Shown here: in pieces, positions 11,862-24,170 of the stretch
How positions within the stretch are numbered: position 1 is the stretch's first letter
How the letters are laid out: each line of letters begins with the position of its first letter
DNA from: Octopus bimaculoides
Taxonomy: Eukaryota
Assembly: GCF_001194135.2 (NCBI RefSeq)
Contig: NC_069001.1
Coordinates: 25,945,731-26,009,730, forward strand
Direction: 5' to 3'
Length of the DNA stretch: 64,000 nucleotides
Notes under the pieces: generated by a model
What the model was told of the DNA's origin: nothing
Seen by the model: the letters and a program-made list of their open reading frames with translations, nothing else
Database searches by the model: none
Made by a program: the position numbers and the translations under genes

Positions 11862-12639
11862 CATCATCATCAGTGATGTTATTAGTGCTAATGTTATTGT
11901 TTCTCTTATTGTTATATGTACATAACTGCAGAGCATTTATCATTAATGGGATTTTATCTATCTCCGAATACACTCTCTAATCAAAGAAATTCCGGGCATC
12001 TCTGTAGAATCTAATTCCATGAAATCTATTCTTGAACCACTCATCAAGCGAGCGAGTGTACTGGTCATAATAAGGATAAAGCTATATCAGCACCGACGAC
12101 AACAACAACTACAAGGAGGATTGAAGAAGTAACTAAATACAAAAACACAAATAAATACAAAAATAAGATTAAAAAGAATTAAAAAAAACATTACGAAACA
12201 AACGAAGAATGAAGACTATTGTATGAGATAATTACGGTTAGTAGCGATATCCATTTATACAGGGAATCTTTGAGACGCAGGCACCAATTTGCATGATATT
12301 CCATCGACGCCATCACACTATCATCATCAGCGTCATCATCAGTAGTAGTAGTAGTAGTGGTAGCGGCAACAGCAGCATTGGTGGCAACATCATAATCATC
12401 ATAATAGTCAACAGCAACGCTAACGTCGTTGTTATCGTCATTTTCATCATCATCATCATCATCAATAACAACGTAGTCATCATCGTCGTTGTTATCATCA
12501 GCACCATCATCATCATTAGCAACAAAAAGAGCAACACCCTCATTATCATCATCTTCATCATTTCCATAGTCATTATCACCATCGCATCGTCGTCATAAAT
12601 CATCTGAGGTATTTGTTTTTGAAAAAAATTCCATTACAC

Positions 12640-12682
<43 letters not shown>

Positions 12683-12807
12683 TATTATTACTACTGCTAC
12701 TATTATTTTACTATTTGTTGCATTAGTAATACGTTGTAGTAGTCCTTGTATTACTCATTAATTGTTACGGTTAACGTACGGGCATCGATTGGTTTAAATA
12801 TTCACCA

Positions 12808-12838
<31 letters not shown>

Positions 12839-12900
12839 ATCATCGCCATGATCATCAACAACAGTAGCCGCAGCAGCTGTACCATCATCATTATCGATAT
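11800..12900. repeat. Compound trinucleotide microsatellite zone (ATT, CAT, AGT, CAC)
   Basis: Visible tracts at about 11800-11880, 12300-12600, 12640-12710 and 12810-12890. They generate the poly-Ile and poly-Met ORFs. Confidence 0.9.
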
Positions 12901-13180
12901 TGTTTCCTCTTAGTCATTAACAGCAAGTTTGGATGCAACAGGAAAAAAAAATGTAGTTTTATAACCTCCGTCTTCGTAATTGTCAATGCCATCGCCGTCG
13001 TAGAACATCGTCATCGTCATTTCTTCCATCATCATCAACAGCATCCTTTTTTTTTATATATATTTTCTTTACCTCAATGGCACTATAAATACCTTCGTTT
13101 CCGAAATAACATACCATCATTATGTTGTATTTCCCTTCTTCCTCATCATCTGCATCTTCGTCGACAACATCAGCTCCGTC

Positions 13181-13239
13181 GTCGTCAAGGTCCTGGCGTC
13201 GTTGTTGTCGTCAAGGTCCTGGCGTCGTTGTTGTCGTCA
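13181..13239 (+). repeat. Perfect 26-bp tandem duplication
   Basis: gtcgtcaaggtcctggcgtcgttgtt occurs twice, followed by gtcgtca. Confidence 0.9.
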
Positions 13240-13865
13240 TAGACGGTGTTATCATTGATAGCAATTTCTTCCTAATGATTTCTAGCTAAATATATCAGTC
13301 GAATATTAGAAAATATAATTTCACATATCTAGTCTCACTACAGATATTTTTTTGTACCAGAAGACAGGAGCATAATACAGTAAATATTATGCTCTTCTAA
13401 CTAAAATAGAACATTAAAAAAATACCTACCAGAAATCAAATTATCCTAAGCAGATATCGGAATGAAGCTGAATATTCATTTGGCCTCAGGCATCATCTAT
13501 ATCAATTTACGGCATGGAAGCGAAAAGAAAAAAGAAAAAGTAATAACAATAACAATAAATAAGTAAATATGATATCACAAGTTTTTTCAGTAATCTCTAT
13601 TAAGCACATTGTTGAATCAATAACGTTAATGATTTTTTTTAGAATGGCACAAAGGCCACAGACTTTGTAACGTGGTGCAGTCCGATTAAATTGACCCACT
13701 CCCTCCCAGTACTTGACATGATTGACCACCTCTTGCAAGATGGAGAAAAATCGAATGCGATTTTATAAGAAATCAGGACGTAATGTTATACAATTAAATA
13801 TGATACAAAGCATTTTGTCTGATTTACTGTTTCTATTGTCCAACAAACAATAATAATGATAATAA

Positions 13866-14078
13866 TAATCCTTTGTACTATTGGCACAAGCCCTGAAATT
13901 TAGTGGGGAGGGACCAGTCGATCTAATTCACCCCAGTACGCAACTGGTACTTTATCGTTTCCAAAAGGATGACAGGAAAAATTAACCTTGGCGGAATTTC
14001 AACTCAGAACGTAGCGACGGGCGAAATACCGTTACGCATTTCGTGCAGTGTCCTAACGATTCTGCCAGCTCACCACCT
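13866..14078 (-). mobile_element. SINE family A, full length, flanked by (AAT)n
   Basis: Reverse complement runs from the head (cctaacgattctgccagctcaccacc) to the tail (aatcctttgtactattggcacaagccctgaaattt). Confidence 0.85.
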
Positions 14079-14106
14079 TAATAATAATAATAATAATAAT
14101 AATATT

Positions 14107-14305
14107 GAACCGTTCTATTACAGGCACGTGGCCTGAATTCATTTACTGGCGCATGGATTGCAGCGATCATAATGCTCAACTCATACTTATTTCCTCGACC
14201 CCGAAATGGAGACAGGAAATATCAACTTGAGTGGAATAAGAAATCGGAATGCAAGTATGGGCAAAATACTTCTAAGCATTTTCTCGGCAGGCTAATGGTT
14301 GTATT
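14107..14305 (-). mobile_element. Degenerate SINE family A
   Basis: ttctattacaggcacgtggcctgaa...cctcgaccccgaaa...gcaaaatacttctaagcatttt. Confidence 0.55.
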
Positions 14306-14354
14306 AGGTGACCAGCTTCATGATGATGATAGTAATAGCGATAATAATTAATAT

Positions 14355-15400
14355 TATATAGTTGCCAGTTTGGCATCGAAATAGAGGAAAACAGCTTACG
14401 TGGAATGCAAAACATACCATAGAAACATTATACGGCGTCAATAAAACTGATAATTGTGTAAAGGAAAACTTAGAGGAAAGGAACACGTACGCACACAAAG
14501 CGAAACAGCATTGAAGGATTAAAAAAAAATGTACGATCAGTTTGCAAGAGATACGAACGCCAAGATACGCAGAAGACCGATGATTATGGATGAGTATTGA
14601 CCTAAAGACAGAGAGAGAAGCACGTATATGTGCAGCAGAAGAACGGTCGCTAAAGACTAACTATGTGAAATGCAGAGCCAACAACGTTACTGACTGCGAA
14701 AAATGCAGGATGTGTGGTGAGAGGGGTGAAACGTTGGGGGACTTCGTTACCGACTGCCCGGAATTGGCACAACGTGAATACGAAAGACGAAATGATAATG
14801 TGGCAAGAATGATCCATTGGGAGCCCAGTAGAAATCACGGCCTAAAAAGGGCATAGTCGTGGTATGAGGAAGCCCACAGAAGGGGTCACCGACAGTGAAG
14901 ACTGCAAAATTCTCTGGGATGCAATGATTCAGTGCGATCACCTGACCGGACATCGGAAACCGTTCGTTATTGTGGTGAATAAGAGAGACACAATCTCGTA
15001 TGATAATCGATGTAGTACGTCCCTGCTGACAGCAGAATCAAAGAGAAAGAAGTAGAAAAACAGAACAGCTATGACGGCCTGGTGTGAGAAATACGAAGGT
15101 GGCGGTCAATGAAGTGAGTAGACCTGATACGAATTGAAATTGGCGGATTTGAATGCATCAGCTTTCAAGTATCAACATGGTAAAAAAACAAAACCAAAAA
15201 AAAAACAGGTTCATATGTAAAGATAGAACACGTACAAAAATCAGCATTACTTGGAACTGCAAAAATTCTACGCAGGGTTCTTGGAGGATGACCAATAAAC
15301 AAGTGTTATTTTAGTCTACTGGCTCTGGACGTCTGACACTTACCATCATCAGCAAAATAAGGTGCGTGTTTTCATTGAATAATAAGGATAATAATAATAA
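14355..15400 (+). mobile_element. R4/Dong-type (restriction-like endonuclease) non-LTR retrotransposon, 5'-truncated relic
   Basis: Translation gives LKTEREARICAAEERSLKTNY, a decayed CCHC CRMCGERGETLGDFVTDC, EYERRNDNVARMIHW, KILWDAMIQCDH..HRKP, IIDV.VPADSRIKEKEVEK and QKSALLGTAKILRRVLGG* (stop 15289-15291). A short 3' UTR runs into (TAA)n. Confidence 0.85.
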
Positions 15401-15430
15401 TAATAATGATAATAATAAATTATTATTATA

Positions 15431-15606
15431 GTCCTTTCTAATATAGACACAAGGCCTGAAATTTTGGGGAGGGATTAAATCGATTATATCGCCCCCCTAT
15501 CCCCCAGTGTTCCATGGGTGCTTAAAGTATCTACCTCGATAAGATGAAAGGCAAAGTTGACCTCGGCGGAATTTGAACTCAAAACGTAAAGACGAACGAA
15601 ATAACG
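15431..15606 (-). mobile_element. SINE family A, 3' part of a split copy
   Basis: gtcctttctaatatagacacaaggcctgaaatttt...gttgacctcggcggaatttgaactcaaaacgtaaagacgaacgaaataacg. The consensus resumes at 17249. Confidence 0.85.
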
Positions 15607-17248
15607 ATTTCTTTATGAGGCATAAAGCCCTAAACATAGATAGGGACACCAGAATGACAGACAAGACCACAGTAGGGACCAAACACATAAAACGAATGTA
15701 AATTAAATGAAAGTTATATAAAAATGAAAATGGACGCATGGGCCCCACTCTCATGCAGTACCATTTGAACCGTTATATGTACTATTTACAATTCCTTTTT
15801 TTTTTTCATTTAATTTCATACTTGTTCTTTAGTAGAACTTCATTAGAGGTTCGATATCTCTTAAATCCACCAATGGTGGCAACTCTTTGAATTCCAGCTC
15901 CACTCCTGGCGGCTCAATGCTATCTGCACACATCGCTATCAATTTTCTGTAGTTTTCCTCTTCTATCAATATTGCCTTCATATCCTCTGCGTATGAAGGC
16001 ACCTTCACTCTTACTATTGAATGAAACTTGATTATCTTTTTCTCTGTTTCAACATTTTTCGGGTACGTCACATAATACCATACTCCTTCTCCTCCTCGTA
16101 TCTTCTTTCCTTTCTCTTGGACTTTTGGTTCTATTTTCTCTTCCTCTATAAATAGTTTCTCCATCTCACCTTCATACAGTTGGGTTTCCGACACTTTTTC
16201 CACTTGTAAGTTCACTTTCTTTTTACTTTATTTTTCCTTCCTACTGCCCTCCTTCGCAGTTTCTTTTCTCACCTCTTCTCTCTTCTTTTTCTGCAACTCT
16301 AGCGGGGAACTCATTCTTCCGCCCCTCCTTGTTTTCTTTTTAACTATAGTGAATCCCTTCTCCGTTTCTTTTTTTGTCGCCTTGTCCTGTACTGCTTGGT
16401 CCACAAACTCATGTCTCTCCTTCTGTTCTGTTAGTGGTTTTCTTTGGTGCACTATGCCTTCATGTGGCCTCTCTCTCCAAATGAGAAACATACTGGTGGC
16501 CTACCCTCCACAATGACTCTCAGCTTCACATTTTCTGGCAGCACAATCTCATCCACCACACTATTCAAGTCCTCCGTTGTTGCCTGAATCGTTAGTTCGA
16601 TACCATATCCCCAGTAGTTTACCTTCTGGGTCCTTGTGGCCTTCATAATCTTCCCGTCTTTCATATTATACGTTTTGGCTGTCATCAGCCATTCTTCATT
16701 TAATTCGGGTGCCACCTTACCCACTCGCACCTTGGCCACACGTTTGCCGCAGTACGAAGGCAAGAACACCCATTCCTCTGTCCTTATTGCCTCTGTGGAG
16801 TGCTTCATTGCTTCCTCCTCCCTTGTGAAGCGCACCTCCACAGTGGCGTATCTCCTCCCTCTCGTAACGTATGTTGTAACTCTTTACAATTCCTTTATAC
16901 AATCTTCTATGGCTTCTATCGGCGCAATCTCTATTTTCCTCGTGGCTGTCTTCATGGTTTTAAATGTTATCGTTCCTTTTAACACGTTGGCCGATAACTC
17001 TTCCGGTGGCGTTAGCTTCAGTATGTTACCTTCCTTAGTGATTAGTTTTTCACTCTCCTTCATCTTTCTGGGCTCCACTTTTATTTCTCGGACTTTTTAC
17101 TCTTGCACGTCTACTCGTTGCGGCCGCATAACTGGGGCCTGCCTCCGGCGCCTTCTTCATTTTCCCACAATGGGAAACAAAAAAACAATTAAAACAATGG
17201 CAACAATTCAATAAACAGTTCAACATAAACTCATGTGTTAATTTCACA
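15607..17248 (-). mobile_element. 1.64-kb ORF1/gag-only retroelement inserted within a SINE
   Basis: Bounded exactly by the two halves of one SINE-A. It contains a single disrupted ORF, about 90 bp of 5' leader and about 220 bp of 3' trailer. No RT or endonuclease sequence is present. Confidence 0.75.
15829..17160 (-). pseudogene. Disrupted gag-like ORF1 (RRM-like segments plus CCHC zinc knuckle), about 440 codons when reconstructed
   Basis: Joining ORFs 17050-17247, 16884-17078, 16452-16841, 16228-16491 and 15829-16215 needs 2 frameshifts and 3 in-frame stops. Motifs: RGRRYATVEVRFTREEEA, VRVGKVAPELNEEWL, and VIVEGRPPVCFSFGERGHMKA*C (decayed CX2CX4HX4C), followed by a Lys/Glu-rich tail. Confidence 0.75.
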
Positions 17249-17295
17249 GCTAAGCAGTTCGCCCGGCGTGTTAACGATTCTGCCAGCTCACCACC
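17249..17295 (-). mobile_element. SINE family A, 5' head of the split copy
   Basis: gctaagcagttcgcccggcgtgttaacgattctgccagctcaccacc. Confidence 0.85.
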
Positions 17296-18231
17296 ATAAT
17301 AATAATAATGCGGAAGAAAGAAGAGTTTCTGATATTAAAGTTTGTAATAATAAAGATCAATGCGATAGAAAGAACGTGATTAAGCGACTGCATTAAAATC
17401 ATTATATGACGTACCTTATATTGTGGACAGTAAAAGAATGCAGTGCAAGTTTGACGGTAGTGAATAAATGTTTTCTGTCATAGGTATAAGGACTGAAATA
17501 TTCGAGTTGGGATTTACGTTACTCGATTTGATAAACACCAGTCACCGACTGTTTTTTGCTTTGTCGGCCCGAGATAGTGACAGTCAAATAAAGCTGATGT
17601 AATTGACTCAACTGCTTAGCACAAATTTCTGCCTTTGGATATAATTATTATTGCTAGATTTATGTATGAATGTCTTAACCTAAATTGAGTCATCCAAGAC
17701 AAAATGGGTAGCAAAGATCATTTCTGTAGTGGTTGAAGACATATTGAACAATCGAACATTTTCATCAGGGACTCCCATCACTCCTTTTTCAGCTGTCTTG
17801 AGTGCAGCCTATTTCAATGCAAAATTGCAACTACACATTTGACCTATGAGCAACTATCCATGGGCATTGAGCTCGATATTAGTTGCTAGGTTACAGTGTC
17901 AGGAGAAACGAATGATGTCGGTTTAATAATGTGGAGCTCTATGGAAGTATAACTAAACGGTACCATAATAAAGAGATACTTGATGCCACCATCAGCATGT
18001 CTAAACCAAGATAATTTTATAGACTTCCAACTCGATATACTGAAGGATAATTCTGTGCAGGTCAATCAATGTTTCTTAACTGAAGATTCGATTAATATCT
18101 CTTGAGAGATGTAAGCGCTAATTGCCTCACTCGAAGGTCAAGCAGAATTGACTAACGCCTACATCGTTCCTGTTTCAGTGTATTGAGTGGAAGTTGTCCT
18201 TTGCTCCGTCTCAAGCAAGTTCGAGATTGGG

Positions 18232-18352
18232 GCGAGTGTTATTTATATTTTTATGTTTTGCGAATGTTATTTATATATTTACGTTTTGCGAGTGTTATTT
18301 ATATATTTGTTTTGCGAGTGTTATTTATATATTTATGTTTTGCGAGTGTTAT
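18232..18352 (+). repeat. Tandem repeat of about 28 bp, 4.4 copies
   Basis: Unit gcgagtgttatttatatatttatgtttt with small variants (26-28 bp). Confidence 0.85.
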
Positions 18353-18999
18353 AGAATTATGCTTTTTTCTAGAACTTTCGCGATTTAAATGTTTTAAAAC
18401 CACTATGTGGTGGGCTTTGTATGTCATCGCTGAAGATGGGCAACCTGCTACAGCGACTGAAGCATAAACTTTCATTGGCGATTGGCGCATGCAGTTACTG
18501 ATTACTTGACATATTTTTTTATATTCCTCTCTCAGATCGAACTGTAATCCTGGGTCAAATGCTGACCGAAATTAAATTGGTGTGGGTGGAATGTTAGCAG
18601 GGCTTCTTAACTCCCTGTTATTTGTGTCAAAGCGCTTGGTTAGTACTACTACTTACACTGATATGATGTTTAGTGGCGAGTATAAGTGAATGTTTTCTCT
18701 TGTCGACACGAGACTTCAATAAGGAGGCTCTTAACTCTTTCTTTGTTATGGAGTATAGAAGTAATGTATTCTGTTACTTTTATGCCTTCGCTGTTTCCTG
18801 GTTCGGAGTCATTCATATTATGCAACAAGTTTAGAAGGGAGAATCTACAATTTCAGTTTTTAATTTGGCATCGCCTTTTCATTGTCTACATTCATTTGTT
18901 CAGCTGTTTTTAGTTATGGTTCATGGGGGTTGTACATACAATAGATTTTTCATTGGATTTTGTCGGGCCATGTGTAGCTTGGATTTTTTTTTTTCACAT

Positions 19000-21750
19000 T
19001 TACAGCCTCTATTAAATAAACGTTTGCTTTAATGAAGACAGAAAAACTTTGAGTGGTGTAAGTGGGTTAAGTGTATGTCGGGAGGGGAGTGTATGTACTT
19101 TTGTATGTCTTCATCCATGTACTCAAAATGTTTGTTTTCAAACAGTGTATACTTTAAACAATTTTCGACTTACATTAAGGTCTTTAAGTCCATGTGTTTA
19201 CATTAAACGAACTTCGTATCTATATTTTCGGATGGTATATTCTACATTGTCTTTGTTATTTTTCTAATCTAATCTTGCTAATTTCTGTAGTATCCGATTA
19301 TGAATACGAGCACCATACTTTATTCCGGAAACACAAAGATATTTAAGCCATTTACTTTATTTCCTTTGTTCATTTCCATTCAGTAATTATCAAATGAGAC
19401 TTATACATGCCTTCGTAATGTTGTCTTATATTTGTGTATCTTTTGCACTGCCATGTCTATTGACTCCCAACTATTCGCACATCAATGAATTAACAGATCG
19501 CATGTTACTTTCTTAATCAAACATGATAGTAGTTTTCCTATGCTTTTGTATTTTCCCTTTTGAAGTTGCGTTAGCGTACATTTTCTAATCTAATCTGAGC
19601 ATCATATCTATTTTTCTGTTAAACAAATTTAAACTTTGCAGTGAAGTGTTTGATATCTTAGATATGGTCATGACGCTTGTACGGAATCCTTTTTTGTTTA
19701 TAATGTCGGCTAAAAATTTAAATGTCAGGCAGAAAGAAGAAAAGTGAGTCTCATTGGAATACTTTATTTTAATAGGGACACCTTTCTTTTTCTTTATAAC
19801 AGGCCTCTATTTTTTTGAAATCTGCACAATTCTTTCTCATTTACTCATGAAACATTTCATGTATCCTTGTTCTTTCTGTTACCTTACCGCTGTGATTCTT
19901 TCTAGATCTCCATGTATGTGATATTGTAGAAAGCTCTGTGGTGTTCAATCTACACTTACTCATATTCTTCTCTAACTGCAGTCTTTGGTTAAGATTTTAA
20001 TGAATAGTAATTCATATTTACAGCTATATCCGCCTTGGAAACATCATTTTCAGCCGCTGTTCTTCAAGCAGGGATGGTTTATAGCTATTTATTTAGTGAG
20101 ATATTATATTGCATTTAAGTCATTCTTTTTTGCTGGACGTCCGGTTATGGATCTATAGATTTCAGAATTTGTTGTTGCTTTTTTCTTCATCGAAGAGTCA
20201 ATCACGCGTCGTCTCCGGCAGCGTCAGTATCTAATTACACATATTTGCAAGCAATTTTTATGACTCTGTTAACTATTTTAAGCAGAGCGATTGGAAGATT
20301 GTGATATCTCGGCGCTTTCGAGATGTTTGATCGGCGAATTATGTGGACAAGTTTGGTTTTTGTGGCCTCACACTATTCTCCATACTTCGTAGCATTTGTT
20401 TCGATCAATATTTAGATTTAATGCACATATCTTCTCATTGGAATCCATCTACTGTTGTTGATATTATATTGATTTGTATTTTTACCAAGTGCTCTCTAAA
20501 GATCGTTTCGAATTGGAGTGGAACAATGTGTGAGCAAACTTCATCGTTTCTTCTACAGACAGATTCATTCCTATTTATCGATGATCTCATCTTTCAGCAT
20601 GATCTCGTTTCTTTTATTGTTATATTACAATTCTGTAGGATCGGTCTTCCCTTTGGACGGTTTTTTTTCAGCTGTGACGAATTGTTATTGATTTCATTAA
20701 GTATTGAAATAATTTTCTTATACGATATATCTGGTTTTCCATATTTGATTCTTGTGATCTTGTGGGTATTGCTATTTCTATTTGAGTACATCTGAGGGAG
20801 TACCCCCATTTCATTTGTAAATATATTACTTAGATTAATGCCATAGATGTTTGAGTTGGTTATAGTTAATTTTGAGACAGCCAGGAATGCATTATCAGAA
20901 ATGCTGTTATTTCAACTTTAGACTTTAGTTTTGGAAGTTGTTCTTCTATGCCATTGAAAGATGTTTCTATTTACCGTGATTCTCCAAATCATCTCTAATT
21001 TTAGTTTGGCGTGGTTGCAATTTCATCCATTATAATTTCTTATTCCATAATCATCTTCTTATCCCATATCTATTTATATATCTATATTGCTCCCGTTTGG
21101 GTTTCTCACTAAGCATTAATAAGTAAAAATATCGTTAGGGTATAGAAAAGTCGTATTTTGTCTTGTCCTTGTTCATATAACTCCTATTACATCACTCTTC
21201 CCCACGGTTTATTGCAGTTATCTGTATCGAGTCTGTTACACGTGTTTAAATAATATAGTCTTTCTTTTACTATCCTCTTTTATCTTTTGTTTGGTTTTTC
21301 CTTTTGAAACTGAAACGTTATCTAGTAGAATAGTGTCCAACAATACGTTTTGATTTCAGCTATTTTCCTTCCAAATGTAGTTCCTAACATTAAATGTAAG
21401 TGTCTAGTTATGTTGATATTTGTTTGCATTTCTCTGAAGCCGTTTTATAGCCCCTATCTCGTAGGACAATATAATTTCTCTGTTATATAGAGTGATATAA
21501 TTGCTGCGTTGAACGCAAAGTTTTCTGTTACCCACGGTAAAGTTTGACAGTATTTTCCTTCTCATTATTTTCTAATGCAAGGAAGCAGTCTAGCAGAAAC
21601 GCTAAAGTGTCGGACAAATTGCCTCATAGTATTTCATCCAATTCTTTGCCATTTAATGCCGTATTAAATGTACCCTTTAATCCTTGCACGGTCCATATAT
21701 TAAAGTACAATTCAAGTACGAGGGACGACTTCTGTCTCCTCAATATTGCC
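19000..21750 (-). mobile_element. Heavily decayed CR1-type LINE ORF2 relic
   Basis: Scattered minus-strand remnants in the expected order: FNIWTVQGLK (APE start), an AV(T)E-like motif, a DGFP-like motif (AGPDGFP region), a YRPIS-like region, and a 3' FNVNTW...FK segment ending in an A-rich tail near 18990. There is no long ORF. Confidence 0.5.
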
Positions 21751-23785
21751 GATCTTCCCAAAATCTGCTAGTATTGTTAACTCGTAGACAAAATAACAAG
21801 CAACATTTGTTCAAAATATATTTTGAGTTATATCCAGCTAAGCTGAAGTTTATTTTTCATCCATTCCGAGTAGACAAAATAATTTACCAGTCAGACAGTA
21901 AATTACTAAATTCTTCCCTTAAATTGTGAAGCCTTGTGTCAAAATTTGATACAAATATTCTTTTCTAATGTAAAATTGTGTTCTCATATATTTATATTTG
22001 TTTTATATAACCACACTTCAAGTTAAGACTTCAGTTAATGTTTTTAGCAAGTCGAGCGACTATATAGTGTTGCTTACAGGATCTAATACTACTCACTGCC
22101 AGCCGTACTCAAGCAGACTTGTAGATAAAGAATTCTAATCCTAAATATTTCGTCCTTTGTGAGACAATTATATCTACATTATATAATGCATTTCTATTTG
22201 TATTATGAGGTAGGATATGATGACAAGAGACCTGAATAATATTTCTTCCCAAAACAGATCCTACAGTGATTCACACTGAAGCCATTGTTTCTTATAAGAA
22301 TAGCTAATACTATGACACTAGTCTGATTTTGAAAATACTAACATTAATATATTGATCTGCTTCAGGTATTCATTCAAAAGCTCTATCTTTAATTCTGTTT
22401 TAGCATTGAGCTGCGTAGTTTCAAATTTGCATTCACAGCTTCAGTGACACAATTCGAGGAAGCTTTTCAAATTACATGAGCGGCACCACATCTCAGCTAT
22501 ATCTGCTAAATTATTATAACTCTAATTTTGAAATTGATATTTATATATCTATAATTAGCTTATATTACTAAAATATTAATTGCATAGTTTATTGATTATC
22601 AAATATTTATAGTATTTTTATTTGTTTATTTATTTGGGACAAGCTCACTTGAGGGAATGTGAAACAATTCATTTTATAAAGTCGTGATGAGTTTGGTAGG
22701 GGGTTTTAAAATATCCCTCGATCTGCCAAAAATAACACCAAAAATTCTATCAAAACTGCTATTATCATAATACACTCTCACTTAGATGCTCTAGTCCAAA
22801 TATACAGAATTTCAGAAGAGTAAATACCCAAGGTAGCCATGATATATATGCATTGATCATAAATTTACTGAAATTAACACACACAGAATTACTGATTTCA
22901 ATTTGATGTCGGAGCCATAACATTTTGCAATGAATGATATCTTTGCTATCAACTTTTCTCAGCTGTCATAAAGTTTCTCATCGTCCACATGGACGAGTTA
23001 GTAAGTTTTGACACCTTTCAACACGTCATTATACACTCGGCAATGTAGGATTGCACCGAATAAGGCAGGGAGCCAGAAAGACGAGAACGGTTGAGAAAAA
23101 ACATTTCTTTTCCGATGTAACTTGAGATTGACTGATTTTTGAATTTATGACTATCTCTCTTCTGACTTATATATATATTTTTTTCTATTTTAAGTATGCT
23201 AGTTTTTCCTGAATTCTATGAATAGTGGTATTTATTTATGCTTCTTCATTGATCCAAGTGTCCGTGGATATGGAACACTATCGTCGATGTTTCATTGTAA
23301 TCAATACACGCAGTATGTACGTTCTCTTCTATATGACAGCGTTCTTATCGTATTGGTCTCTTTATTAATATGTGTTATTTACAGCCATGCACACATCTTC
23401 TGCTGTCCAATTTTCTGTTGGGTAGATAGAAGTTTATTCCATTTAGCTATTAACATATCTCGTACAGAAGTTAATGTCATTGTCAACGTGACAGGAAAAC
23501 ATATGATTGGTCTAAAGACTTTATTATAAATATGAAATATATTTACATAAATGAATATAATAACAAAAGAAACCTTTATTACTGGTAGTCAAGTTAATCT
23601 TGGATCTGTGGCGTTTCTTAGATTGGCCACCTAATGGGTTGTCTCATTATATACAGCTATTTTTCATCCCAGGCCTTTTCTATGATTTTGATAATCGATT
23701 CTCTGTAAATCAAAATCATTTTCATAATCTGTTATTGCAATATCGTGTAACATCATGTGCACACGTGGCAAATAAATGAAACTAT

Positions 23786-24170
23786 CCTTCTTCTTCTTCT
23801 TCTTCTTCTTCTTCTTCTTCTTCTTCTTCTTCTTCTTCTTCTTCTTCTTCTTCTTCTTCTGTTTCTTCTTCTTCTTCTGTTTCTTCTTCTTCTTCTTCTG
23901 TTTCTTCTTCTTCTTCTTCTTCTGTTTCTTCTTCTTCTTGTTTCGTATTTTTGTCATCATCATCCCTTTTTCGTTTCTCATCTTTTTTATCATATTTCTT
24001 CCTTCTTTTTCTCCTCTTCGTTCTCTTCTCTTTCTTTGCCTTCTGCTTTCTCTTCTTTCTCCATTTTATCTTCTCTTCCTTCTCTTCTTGTTCCTATTTC
24101 TCTTCTTTCTTTTCTTCTGTCTCTTCTTTTTCTCTCTTCCTTTCTCCTTATCTCCTTCCCCTTCTGCGCT
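23786..24170 (+). repeat. (TTC)n microsatellite grading into a polypyrimidine tract
   Basis: A long pure TTC run, then TTC interrupted by tgt, then a C/T-rich low-complexity tail. Confidence 0.95.

Noticed and set aside
16636-17214. 192-aa plus-strand hydrophobic ORF
   Set aside because: It is the antisense shadow of the minus-strand gag-like ORF1.
18232-18352. CRISPR-like appearance of the roughly 28-bp repeats (also the 19-bp array at 45335)
   Set aside because: The units are contiguous with no unique spacers, the context is eukaryotic, and there are no cas genes.
19260-19596. 16-bp direct repeat ttttctaatctaatct
   Set aside because: It is low-complexity and lies inside the CR1 relic, with no independent sign of an insertion between the copies.
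20343-20795. 150-aa plus-strand ORF
   Set aside because: It lies antisense to the decayed CR1 relic and has no recognisable domain.
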